Origin: Octopus sinensis
Lineage: Eukaryota
DNA: 64,000 nt
Direction: 5' to 3'
NCBI RefSeq assembly: GCF_006345805.1
Contig: NC_042997.1
Location: 93,496,001 to 93,560,000, forward strand
The stretch's first letter is position 1. Every line of letters starts with the position of its first letter. A program made the translations under genes and the position numbers. The notes under the pieces were generated by a model. The model was not told the DNA's origin, did no database searches, and was given only the letters and a program-made list of their open reading frames with translations. Below are positions 49,321-60,883 of the stretch, one piece after another.

Positions 49321-50570
49321 TAATAAGTAGGAAGGCAGATAAATCACAAATCCCTTCAGGTAGATGGTCCTGCTCGATCTGTAGAAAAGGCATAGGTAGA
49401 AACTCAATAAGATGTACCCGGTGTAAGCTATGGACACATAAGAGGTGCAGCAATATCAAAGAAAGGCTAACTGGGAAGATAGTATTTGTGTGTGGCAAAT
49501 TCTCAGGGATAATAAACACTGAAAATATGCTGAAAACAGCTTCCGTCACATGCCAGGAGAAAAACTAGGAGTAGTTGATAGTTTCCATTACCTAGGGGAC
49601 CAAGTCAGTAGCAGGGCTGGATGCTCTGAGAGTGTAGCTGCTAGAATAAGAATACTCTGAGCAAAGTTCAGAGAGCTCCTACCTCTGCTGATGACAAAGG
49701 GCCTCTCGCTCAGAGTAAAAGGTAGACTGTATGACACGTGTGCGAACAGCCATACTACATGCAGTGAAACATGAGCCATGACTGCTGAAGACATGAGTAA
49801 GCTTTCAAGAAATGAAGCTAGTATCCTCCACTGGATATGTAATGTCAGTGTGCATACACGACAGAGTGTAAGTACCTTGAGAGAAAAGTTGGACACAAAG
49901 AGCATCAGATGTGGTGTGCAAGAGAGACAACTGCACTGGTATGGTCATGTGTTGCATATGGATGAGGATAGCTGTGTGGAAAAGTGTCACACCTTGGCAG
50001 TAAAGGAACCTATGGAAGAGGTAGACCCAGGAAGACCTGGGATGAAGTGGAGAAGCACAACCTTTGAACATTGGGCCTCATGGAGGTGATAACATGTGAC
50101 CTTTAGAGATATGCTGTGCTTGAGAAGACCCAGCAAACCAAGTGAGACCATAACCATGGCCTACGCCAGTGCAGCATAACTGGCCCATTTAAGAGTACCC
50201 TTCAATCTTGGGCAATAAACTGTAAAGACCAATTGAGTCAAGTGAAGCCATTGTCGTGGCCAATGCCAGCACCACCTGATTGGCACTCGTAACGGTGGCA
50301 CATAAAAAGCACTATTTGAGCATGATCAATGCCAGTGCCGGCTGACTGGTCCCATGCTAGTGGCATGTAAAAAGCACCATTCAACTAACTGACCTTTATG
50401 CTGGTGGCATGTAAAAAGCACCCACTACACTCTTGGAATGGTTGGTGTTAGAAAGAGAATCCAGCTGTAGAAACTTTGAGCCTGGTGCTGCCTTCTGGCT
50501 TGCCAGCCCTCAGTCAAACTGTCCAGCCCATGCCAGCATAGAAAGCAGATGTTAAACAACAATGACAATG
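49321..50570 (+). mobile_element. 5'-truncated, degraded RTE-clade LINE (RT C-terminus with PHD-like finger, plus 3'UTR)
   Basis: WSCSICRKGIGRNSIRCTRCKLWTHKRC; RLYDTCVR...TAEDM.KL.RNEASILHWIC...RQLHWYGHV; 3'UTR shared with the short RTE fragments. Confidence 0.88.
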
Positions 50571-50619
50571 ATAATATACAGTGCTGTGTTTAAATTTGAC
50601 AATTTTTTATGTCTTCTTT

Positions 50620-51290
50620 GTTCAGGGGCAGCTTGATGTATTGGTGAACAGTCAATGGTGTTGGAAAGCATAAAGATTAAAGTTATAGTTGAGAAAACGT
50701 TAGCTGACATGGAGGACTGGAAGCCATCTAAATATTGGAATAGAGTTACCTGTATCATAATGATTTGCACCAGGTGCCAAAATACTAACACCATGACTGC
50801 CATTCAATGCCCTGTGAATGCTGTAAAGAAGGCCTTAAGACATGACATAGATATTATGAAAACCAAGCCCCTCCAAATTATGATGGTCTTTGAGTGTGTC
50901 TCCAATGAAGACGACATCATTCTACTCCACATCTTTGAACAAGGCTTTAGACTTAATTCAGACAGTTATGTGAAGCTGCTGCAGAGGGTTGCTGTTGGAA
51001 AGCCAAATATGAAATAGCAGGACTTGTTCTTTGTCACTTCTCCAGAAAAAGTCAGAAATGGTTATCAAATAATTTCTACAATTTTGCTTGCCTCAATTTC
51101 TTCCAATTGCAATCCCATGGATTACTATGTGTAGAGTACATTTGTGACAGCAACTGCTCTTCCTGCAACACCAAGGCTGAGCCAGAGACTAAGGTCAAGG
51201 AGGTAGTCAAATGTCTTCCTTGGGACACAGTAAACTGTTTCAAAAAATGATGTCTGATAAGGTAAATGAACAATAATAATTTCATTTCAT
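50620..51290 (+). mobile_element. Degraded Tc1/mariner (maT/DD37D-like) transposase remnant
   Basis: MKTKPLQIMMVF...FEQGFRLNSDSYVK and SNCNPMDYYV resemble the maT catalytic region (WPPNSPDCNPLDYYVW-type motif). Confidence 0.6.
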
Positions 51291-51446
51291 TTCATTGCCT
51301 ATTACATATATTCTATTTATTGCATATCTATATATGTGGTATAGAATAAAAAATGTTTGTTTAGTGAAGTGAACATGACATCAATTTGAATTTCTCTTTT
51401 CAATTATCACATATTTATACATACATACACACATAACCACACACAC

Positions 51447-51481
<35 letters not shown>

Positions 51482-51483
<2 letters not shown>

Positions 51484-51624
51484 AAATAAAATAGGACAAC
51501 AAAGTCAAGGCAGTGTGAAATTTTTAGGACATTTATAAAGAGAAAGATAGTAAGACTACCTTTCTCTTTATAAATGTCCTAGAAATTTCACGCTGCCTTG
51601 ACTTTGTTTTCTCATTTTATTTAA
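51482..51624. repeat. Near-perfect 143-bp palindrome (70-bp arms, 3-nt loop)
   Basis: TTAAATAAAATAGG...GATAGT aag ACTACC...ATTTTATTTAA. Confidence 0.85.
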
Positions 51625-51761
51625 CATATACATGCTCACACGTGACCACCATTAGACTCCTCACTCATACTATTATCGAACCAAGAGTCTAACTACGGTC
51701 CTTCTGTAGCACTTACATGGCTTTACCTGCCGTTTTGGGTCTTCTGGATACCAAAACCTCT

Positions 51762-51798
51762 CCTAGCTGTCCGGATGTTTTGCGTTCTTGTTCCATTT

Positions 51799-51844
<46 letters not shown>

Positions 51845-52619
51845 ATAAAGCGGTGTATGTACACTTTGCTCTTTTATATGTAAGCACACATTTTTCTAAA
51901 TCTTGTATGACTGTATTTCTGACTATCAGCCCTATCATGCTTATTCATTCATTCCACTTTTCGTTCTTTCGTTGTCCCCCTCTCATATTTCTTTGCCTTC
52001 TCTTCTTACTCACTTTCCCTCCACTTTTCACTTCACTGTGTCCCTGTTCTTTTTTCTCATCCCTTCTTAATTCTTCTGTCCCTCTGCTTATACTTCTCTC
52101 TCTTCTCTTCCCACATGACCATGCGGTCAGCCTAGCCTGTTCTTTCTTTTTTGGTCTGATCGCCGTCTGTGCAACATCGATATTCTTCCCTGTGTTTGTG
52201 AAATTTTTGTATCTCTGCCATAAGGCTTCATTTCCACATGCGCCAGCTTAATTCAATCCATCCTTAGTCAAAAGACACCTGTTGTTATGTCCTGTTATTA
52301 TTGCTATTGTATTTATTATTGTATTTATATTTGTGTAACTTTGTCCATTTTTTTCCGTCCTTGTTTTTGTATACATTCATTGCTTTCTTCCAAGGAATCT
52401 AATGCTCTTAACTTAGTTTTTCCTTGGGCTGGCCAGATTGGAGCAATCTCAAAAATAATCAACCAAAATGGTGAGGATAATCTGGTGCTTGACTAAGGAT
52501 AGAGGGCGTCGAATGACCCATCTTTGTTTTCTTTGTATCGTCTATCTGGATGTTTTGTTATCCCTTTTTGTATCACCTAGCTGTCCGGATGTTTTGCGTT
52601 CTTGTCCCATTTTGTATTT

Positions 52620-52686
<67 letters not shown>

Positions 52687-52690
52687 TGAG
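51762..52690 (+). repeat. Unclassified element bounded by ~44-bp direct repeats, each followed by (TA)n
   Basis: CCTAGCTGTCCGGATGTTTTGCGTTCTTGT.CCATTTTGT at 51762 and 52576. Confidence 0.7.
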
Positions 52691-54537
52691 TAACAAAGTG
52701 GTACAGGTGTCAATTCATTGCAGCCGTTTCTAATGACTTCTTTAATTGATTAATGAGAACATTACATCATTGCAAAAAAACATTTTCTTTGAATTCATGA
52801 TCTTCAAACATAAAGGACAGTTCAATTTATTCAACATAGTTAACAAATTCATGGAGTAAAAATATTTACATTGATTCTGCTAACATTCAGTTGCAGAATG
52901 AACACATCAGAAAAGTGTATATTTGGTCAGACCTGACCAGGGATTTTAGGATTATTTGAGTTTATAGTAGAGAGAGGAGATAATTGACCCAAGTGACCCA
53001 GTTATCGAAACTTCCAGCAATAGAGGAAAGATTGGCTCTGATCGGCTGGCTTTTTATCTCAAATAAGTTGTTTATGTGTACTGGTCAGTGATGAGAGAAG
53101 CAATTAATGCCAGGCCAGTCAACTAAATTATCAAAAGTGATGGGACTATATGTTGGCTTAATCTTTGCAAAATGGAAAAGGCATAGGGAAGTAATAATGG
53201 AGTGATTAATGGGAAGGGGATGATTGAGAGAAGTAAGAGACATACATAAGACAGACTTCTTTCAGTTTCCCCCTACCAAATTCACTCACAAGGTTTGGCT
53301 TTGGTCAGTGCAGGGCTATATCTGAAGACACTTGCTCAAGGTGCAATGCAGTGGGACTGAACATGAAACCACATGATTGGGAAGCAAACTTCTTACCACA
53401 CAGCAATACCTGCACATCTCTCTCTCTTCCTCTCTCTCTCTCTCTCTCTGTGAGAGTGTGAGTGTGTGTGTATATATAAATATCTATATGCACACATACA
53501 TTTATACTCACAACCACTTGCATGGATAATGATGTTGATGATGACATATGTTCATATATGTGTGTGTATTTTTGCATTCTGTTTATGCTATACTGGATCA
53601 TAAAGATGGCTAATATTGTTAATAGTGTATCCTTTGGTATGCAAAAACTGAACAGTTTGAAATTTGACAAATAAAGATTGTGGGGTCAATATGTTCAACC
53701 AAACTTTTGAGATGGTGCTTTAGCATGACCACAATCCAATGACTAAAACCAGTTATGTAAAAGTAAACAAAAAAAATTTTTTTATGAATTCTTTATCTTA
53801 TAAAATATATTTATTTTTCTATATCAACAATAGTTGAAATACAACAACAGCTTTGAGATATTTTCTCTGTTGACAACTTTTTAGTGAATAGCTTTTCAAA
53901 TACATTAAAAAGTTCCAAGCTCACTTTATACATGAGTGTTTTTATCAATAGAAAAGTTCTAATAATTTTTTAGTTTTTAATTTCAGAACATATCAACTCT
54001 GTGAATCATTTTTAATCAATGTTTATCATAATTCAGTAATTACTTCAGAAAATTTCTATAACTAAAAAGACAATTTACATTTTAGAACTTCTCTGAAAAA
54101 AAGCTATGATGGCATTTGCACATTCTTTTGATTGCCACCTCTCAACTAAAAGCTTTCTCTCGTTTTCTTCAACACGGTACAGTAACTCCTTCTCGTTATT
54201 TCGACAGAGAACTTTAGAGAACTTCATACTCTGCAAAAATAAAGTAGATTTTGATCAGAAAATCATAAACAAAAATGGAAAAAAAATCTGAAAACAAAAA
54301 CAAATGAAAGCATGGTATATTTTCATTTTACATTTTGCTGTATCAATGTGTTAGCTTAGCTGATGAGAGTTTCAGGGTTTGTATCTCACTGCAGGGTTTG
54401 TATCTCACTATGACACTGACAAAAACACAAAATTTTCATTGGTTCAATTAAGCTTATGTCTGAATAGGTATTATGGATGCTTTGCTGTTGTTTAATCCCA
54501 GGACAGCCCTGATCAAGACTTATGATTATGGATGGTT

Positions 54538-55744
54538 ATACAAAACTCAGGTGAAAAATTCATAGGCTGAGATACTCTCATGGACATAATTCACCCTTGT
54601 GGTCCACACACTTCTACCTATTCAGACATAAGCTTTATTGAACTAACTGGTGATGCAGTTCTTGGATCCTGTTGGTGGAGAAGTTTTCATCCTGTTGGTC
54701 AAAAAAATCATTAACAGCAGATATATCACCTTCACTACAACACTAGTTCCTAGCCAACTGTTGAGGAACAGATGATAGTCAGATGGAACCAAATCAGGAG
54801 AATGGGGAGGATGATCAACCAGTTCAAAGCCACAGACATGCACAGCAGCCACTGAAACCAAGGACTTGCATATTGGAGCATTGTCCCAATTAAACAAGAC
54901 ACCTTTTGTCAGCTTTCCTGAGCATTTGGTCTTGATAGCCTTTCATAACAGCCTCAGCAAGTTAGTATAGCAATCTCCATTGATGGCATGGCCCTTTTGA
55001 AAATAGTCAATAAACACAATACCTTTTGCATCTCAAACCATGGCCTTCTTTGGAACAGGTGAGGAGTGAGGTTTCCACTGCATGGATTGCCTCATCCTGG
55101 CTTAGGAAACATTCAAGGAAACCAGCTGGATCTGCCTGAAACAATGTCAGATTTTCTTATGATTTGGTCAGCCTGATGTGCTTTTGAACAGGTGTCAGAA
55201 GACATGGCACCTACCAAGCAGAAACCTTCATCATGCCAAGTTCACTGTGCAGAATATTCTCAAATCTCTCACAGGATATGCTAACAGCATTGGCTATTTG
55301 ATTTATAATTGCCTATCACCCATCACCATATGGTGAACACAATTAATGTTTTCCTCAGTGGTAGCAGTTACAGAACATTCGGACCTCAGGTTATCTTCAT
55401 GACTTCTCTTTCCCTCCCAAATTTAACTACACGCCTTTGCACTGTTGATAAAGCTGGAGTGTCATACCCTAATGTAGTAACCATGTCAGCATGAATTTCC
55501 TTGAGGGCTAAACTCTTTTTCTGCAGGCACTTGATAACACCACGATGCCAAATTTTGTCAATTTTCAAGAGAAATTGCTACTAGTTACTTTTGAAGTTTT
55601 CTTTGAACAGTCACATGTCAGACTACCAAGAAAGAAACAATGCATTTATGAATAAGGAGAGTTGAAATTAATGCATACAAGATTTCACAGCTCTAGCATC
55701 ACTCCTTCATAGTCAGGCTATGAACTTTTCAGTTCACCCTCATA
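54538..55744 (-). mobile_element. Near full-length degraded mariner element (~1.2 kb)
   Basis: N-terminal HTH (RGVIKCLQKK...IHADM), DNAP and HPPHSPDLVPSDYHLF motifs; degenerate TIRs at 54538-54570 and 55713-55744. Confidence 0.88.
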
Positions 55745-56490
55745 ATTCACAGCCACATTTCCTTTTTGTCTGGATTTCCTTTTTATCATTGTCTTGTGAG
55801 AGAATGTGTGTGTGTGTGTGTGTGAGTGTGTGTGTGCATGTACGTGTATGTATGTGTGCGTGTGTGTATGTGTGTTCGCACACACATATATTAATATATA
55901 CTAATAATAATTAAATAAATGTACATATCTAAATTATCATTAAAAATTATAAATTCAAATTTAACACTCAATAGTTATAAAGAATACAATAATATTTCTT
56001 AAATAAAAAAGTTTACTTATCTCTCGAAAAGCGTGTCATTAACTAAAACAATGAGTGAATGAATTATCCTATGTTTACCGTTAACATGGAAAATTCAATG
56101 AAGCATTACCAGGGTAGCAAATTCACATCAGAAACACGCTTGAAGCGACCTATCCACAGGTAGAAACTCCGAGTTAATGAGCAGTAATTTGTGTGTTATA
56201 GATGAATAAATAAATAAATGGAGTTGAACGAAGATGTTAATAAAATTCCTTTACTTTCGACATATGTTTCGAAGACAACATGGTTTTATTCCAAAGGAAT
56301 AAACGGTGTAAGATGCAATCTTCTCGCCCTCTCTCGCTTTCCTTCCCTGCCTCTCTCTCACCCTCTCTCTCTTTCCCCAAAACAGTCTTCTTTTCCTCTC
56401 TCTCACCCTCCCTTCCTCACAATCTCTTCCTCTCTCCTCCCTTCTCCCTTTTTCCCTCACAGCTTCTCTCTCTCTCCCCGCTACAACGGA

Positions 56491-57444
56491 ATGGACAACA
56501 TGCAAAAATTAGAGGTAAATGCAAACACTGGCATCAACAAAAGCCAGCGTAACTGGACGAAAGTAGAGCTGGAAGTTTTCATCAGAGGATGGAGCTCGGC
56601 CGACAGATCGCAACCAACTAAAAACATAGCGGCGACCCTGAAAAGCCATGGCTTTATGAGGACGTTGGCGCAAGTAGAGAGGAAGAAAAGAGAAGTCGAA
56701 AGGGCCTACACTCTCATTGCACCACACATGGCTTTGCTAAGCCAAGACCTCAAGGTGGACAAAGACAAAGAGAGAGAGATGGAAACAGGAAACACCAACC
56801 ACAGAGTGTCAACAAATGACACGCCCACTGCCACAGTCGAAGAAGGCAAGCAGGGCAAACAACAGATAGGCGGCGATGGGGAAACGGAAAATAACCACCC
56901 GGATGAAAATACCTATGCAGAAAGGAACCAGTGGACAACCGTCCAACGGAGGAAGAGAAAACAGAGAGGAACTGGGGACAAGAAAACCCAGATAACATGC
57001 AAATTCTTCCGGAATGGAACCTGCTGGCATGGAGAAACAGGGGAAGGATGCAGGTTCGCTCATCCCAGGCCCTATGGAAATTGCATCAAACCCACTCGAC
57101 CAAAATGCCTTAACCAAAACCAAGACTGAAACCAAAACCAGAACAAATACAAGCTGCCCCAGAAATATGCAGACATAGTGCGTAATGCCCCAACAAGGAG
57201 AAGGCGCACATTTGCAGAGGAAATGCAGACGGCGGCAGCAGAACAAAGAAATTTTGTGGAAATAGCAGAGAAAATTGTGGGACAACTGGCCTGGATACAT
57301 CGTCTTCAGAGCCAGGGGCACTCACAACAGCACTCAAGACCACCACAATCAAGGGACCCAGGGTGGCCACCGCTGACACCAGCCCAGGTGCCACACTGTC
57401 AGCCTTTATTGACACCCCAAATATCTCACCAGTGCTTCTGCTGA
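56491..57444 (+). pseudogene. LINE ORF1: Myb/SANT-like domain plus CCCH zinc finger, one in-frame TGA at 57127-57129
   Basis: ATG at 56491; WTKVELEVFIRGW...IAATLKSHGFMRTLAQVERKKREVERAY; CKFFRNGTCWHGETGEGCRFAH; the frame continues after the TGA into the 57178-57444 ORF. Confidence 0.75.
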
Positions 57445-60325
57445 ATGTCAGAGGTCTGGTGAAACCCACTAATATGAGTAAAATTCCTTACCTTAGGGAC
57501 TTAAGCACAAGCAACCATGCAATATGCATAGCGCTGACTGAAACACACCTGTCAAGCAGTATAGCAGATGCAGAAATACACGTACCAAAGTATACTGTTT
57601 TTCGGTCAGACAGGAAGGAAAGAACTCATGGTGGGGTTGCCCTGTACGTCCGTGAAGATGTCACACCCATAGTACTGTTGACACACTCAAACTCAGTCTG
57701 TGACACACTGATAGTACACATGAAACAACCGAAAATAGTAATATGTGTCACATATCGGCCACCAGACACCCCTAGTCATGAAGGAGTGTTTGAAGATAGC
57801 CTCAGAAGAATAGAAGAAGTCCTGGACAAACTGGACCAGGGTAACACCATTCTACTGCTGGGAGATTTTAACCTTCCGAAAGTCAAATGGCCAGATGGCC
57901 ATCTCCTCCCTGGAATGACATCACTTGAACAGAGACAGACAGAGTCCTTGTTGGCTCTCACACGCAAGTTTTTCATGGAACAAGCAGTGCTTCGGCCAAC
58001 AAGAGGTGAGAATGTCTTGGACCTCTGTTTCACAAGCAACCCGATGCTCATCCACAACATAATGGTAACACCAACAATTCTCTCAGATCACAACTTAGTA
58101 GAGGTAATGATATATGGTATGAGAGAGTTAGTTGAGACGCAGCCATTAGAAAATACCACAGGCCTATCCAGTCTAAACTTCCATAAAGCAAACTGGAAGA
58201 AGATCAACGAAGAGATCCGAAAACATGACTGGAGTGACTTCATCACCACACAAGACACCAACACACATTTCCAACATTTCATGACAACAATACAGAACAT
58301 ATGCCATAAGTTTGTCCCGGAGAAAAAAGCCAGCGGGCATAGGAACGTTATTCCCAGAGACAGGAAAATACTTATGAGGCGAAGAGCTAAGCTCTCGAAG
58401 CAACTGAATGCACGGCAGAGAAACAATGAGGGACTCCACCTGAAACTTTTTGAAACGGAAACTGCACTCAAACTTTCCTATGAGAAGGAGAGGGCAGAGA
58501 GAGAAGCCAGGGCCATAGAGAATATTAAAACAAACCCTAAAGCCTTCTTTAAATTTGCGAAAGAAACCACCTCGGTACACTGCAAGATTGGCCCACTCTT
58601 TGATAAAAAGGGCTCTCTAACTGAGGACCCCCAAGGGATAAGTGAAATACTAAAGGAACAGTATAAAAGTGTGTTCACATCCCCTCTGGGGCACATGCAA
58701 ATCACAAACCCAGAAGTTTTCTTTGATGCCACAACACTCCAAAACCAAACAACAACCATCGACCACATAGACAAAACAGAGAGGGATGTAATATCTGCCA
58801 TAGAAGAAATGAGAATAAACTCAGCTGCTGGACCAGATGGATTCCCAGCAGTCCTCCTAAAAACATGCAGGCATGCCCTAGCGGGACCACTGAAGAAGCT
58901 CTTCAGTGGTTCCTTGGCTAACGGTAAACTGCCCAGGGCGCTAAAAGAAGGCACCATATGCCCTATCCACAAAGGAGGGAGTAGAGCAGAGGCCAAAAAC
59001 TACAGGCCAGTCTCCCTGACGTCACACATAAGTAAGGTCATGGAACGAATCATCAGAAAAAAACTGATCACGTTCCTCGAAGAAACTAACCGTCTCACTG
59101 ACACACAGCATGGCTTTCGCCCAGGAAGAAGCTGCCTTACGCAGCTGTTACAACACTACGACTGGGTACTGAAACAACTACTGGATCGCTCACAGGTGGA
59201 TGTGGTATATCTCGACTTTGCGAAGGCCTTTGATAAAGTCGACCACGGAGTGATATGTCACAAATTACTCAGACTCGGCATAACAGGAAAAGTAGGTGAG
59301 TGGATACATGACTTCCTGAAGGACAGAAGCCAGATGGTTGCAGCCAATGGAGCCCTCTCGGGAAAGACACCAATAGCAAGCGGGGTGCCACAGGGCACAG
59401 TCTTGGGACCCTTGCTGTTTTTGGTGGCGCTCTCTGACATGCCCTTGGTAGCACAAACAACATCCCTCACTAGCTATGCTGATGACACAAAGGTAGCACA
59501 GGCAATCTAAAACCCAGCTGATGCTGACCTTTTACAACAAGATCTGGATGCCATATACAAATGGGCTGAAGACAACAACATGCAATTTAATGCTGGTAAA
59601 TTTCAAGCCTTACAATATCAAGCTGTAAACACATATACATTACAACACAACTATACTGGTCCAGGAGGGATCGAAATCCCAGTATCGAAATCAATACAGG
59701 ACCTGGGGATAGACATGAGTGACGATGCATCTTTTTCTTCACACATCGCGAAGGTGGCGACAATGTGCAGCCGACTCACTGGCTGGATCCTGAGGACATT
59801 CCGGACAAGAGACTGCGAGACCATGTTGACACTATGGAGGACATTTGTCCTAAGCCGCCTGGACTACTGCTCCCAACTGTGGTCACCGCATAGTGTCAAA
59901 CTAACCACAGAGCTTGAGACAATCCAAAGACATTTCACCAAGAGGATTTCCACCATGAAAGAAAAGAACTATGGGAGAGGCTTAGGGAACTCAATTTGTA
60001 CTCCTTGGAACGAAGACGAGAGAGATATGCAGTGATATACATATGGAAAATCCTGGAGGGACTAGCACCAAATTTTGGAATTGAGAGCTGTTCCAATCCC
60101 CATACAGGACGTCACTGTGTGGTGCCAAAGGTCCCGTCTTCCACATCCAGGGTAAGGAGCAGATACTGTAATAGCCTGGGGTTCAGGGGCCCTCAGCTGT
60201 TCAACAAACTGCCAAGAAAACTAAGAGATCTACATGATGCGGATGTGAACATTTTCAAAAAACATCTAGACAAGCTGCTTTCAGGATCCCAGATGAACCC
60301 ACTGCAAGGTACGAAGGTAACCTAA
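57363..60325 (+). pseudogene. LINE ORF2 (endonuclease and reverse transcriptase)
   Basis: 715 aa open to an in-frame TAA at 59508-59510, resumes in the same frame, then frameshifts near 59970 and 60290. Confidence 0.9.
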
Positions 60326-60450
60326 GGGCAGCAGCTACAAACTCTCTCTAGATCAGTGGCCAGCCACGGCAAACTGGACTTAGAGAGGGTAGCAACAAGG
60401 GCGGTGCCCCAGCATGGCCTCAGCCGGATGGCTGAAACAAGTAAAAGAGT

Positions 60451-60457
60451 ATATATG

Positions 60458-60522
<65 letters not shown>

Positions 60523-60525
60523 ATG

Positions 60526-60571
<46 letters not shown>

Positions 60572-60576
60572 GTATG

Positions 60577-60641
<65 letters not shown>

Positions 60642-60880
60642 ATATATAATATATATATATATATATATGTATGTATATGTATATATATATGTATGTATAT
60701 ATATATATATGTATGTATATATGTATATATATATGTATGTATATATGTATATATATATGTATATATATGTATGTATATATGTATATATATTGTATATATA
60801 TATGTATATATATATAATATATATGTAATATATATATATATATGTATATATATATTATATATATATATATGTATATATAT
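60451..60880. repeat. Long compound (TA)n/(TATG)n microsatellite
   Basis: Direct inspection. Similar tracts at 20876-21225 and 52620-52685; (AAT)(AAG)(AG) at 25345-25496; (TG)n at 33244-33288. Confidence 0.95.
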
Positions 60881-60883
60881 ATT

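Larger units (their letters stand above)
56326..60450 (+). mobile_element. Near full-length CR1/L2-group LINE (CT-rich 5'UTR, ORF1, APE-RT ORF2, 3'UTR), inactivated by a few lesions
   Basis: APE motifs LLLNVRGL, TETHL, YRPP, GDFNLP, SDH; RT motifs GPDG, YRPVSLTS, QHGFRPGRSC, YLDFAKAFDKVDH, SGVPQGTVLGPLLF, YADDT; LERRRERY. Confidence 0.92.

Noticed and set aside
56218-56490. N-terminal 91 aa of the 303-aa ORF
   Set aside because: Chance read-through of upstream repeat and the CT-rich 5'UTR; LINE ORF1 more plausibly starts at ATG 56491.
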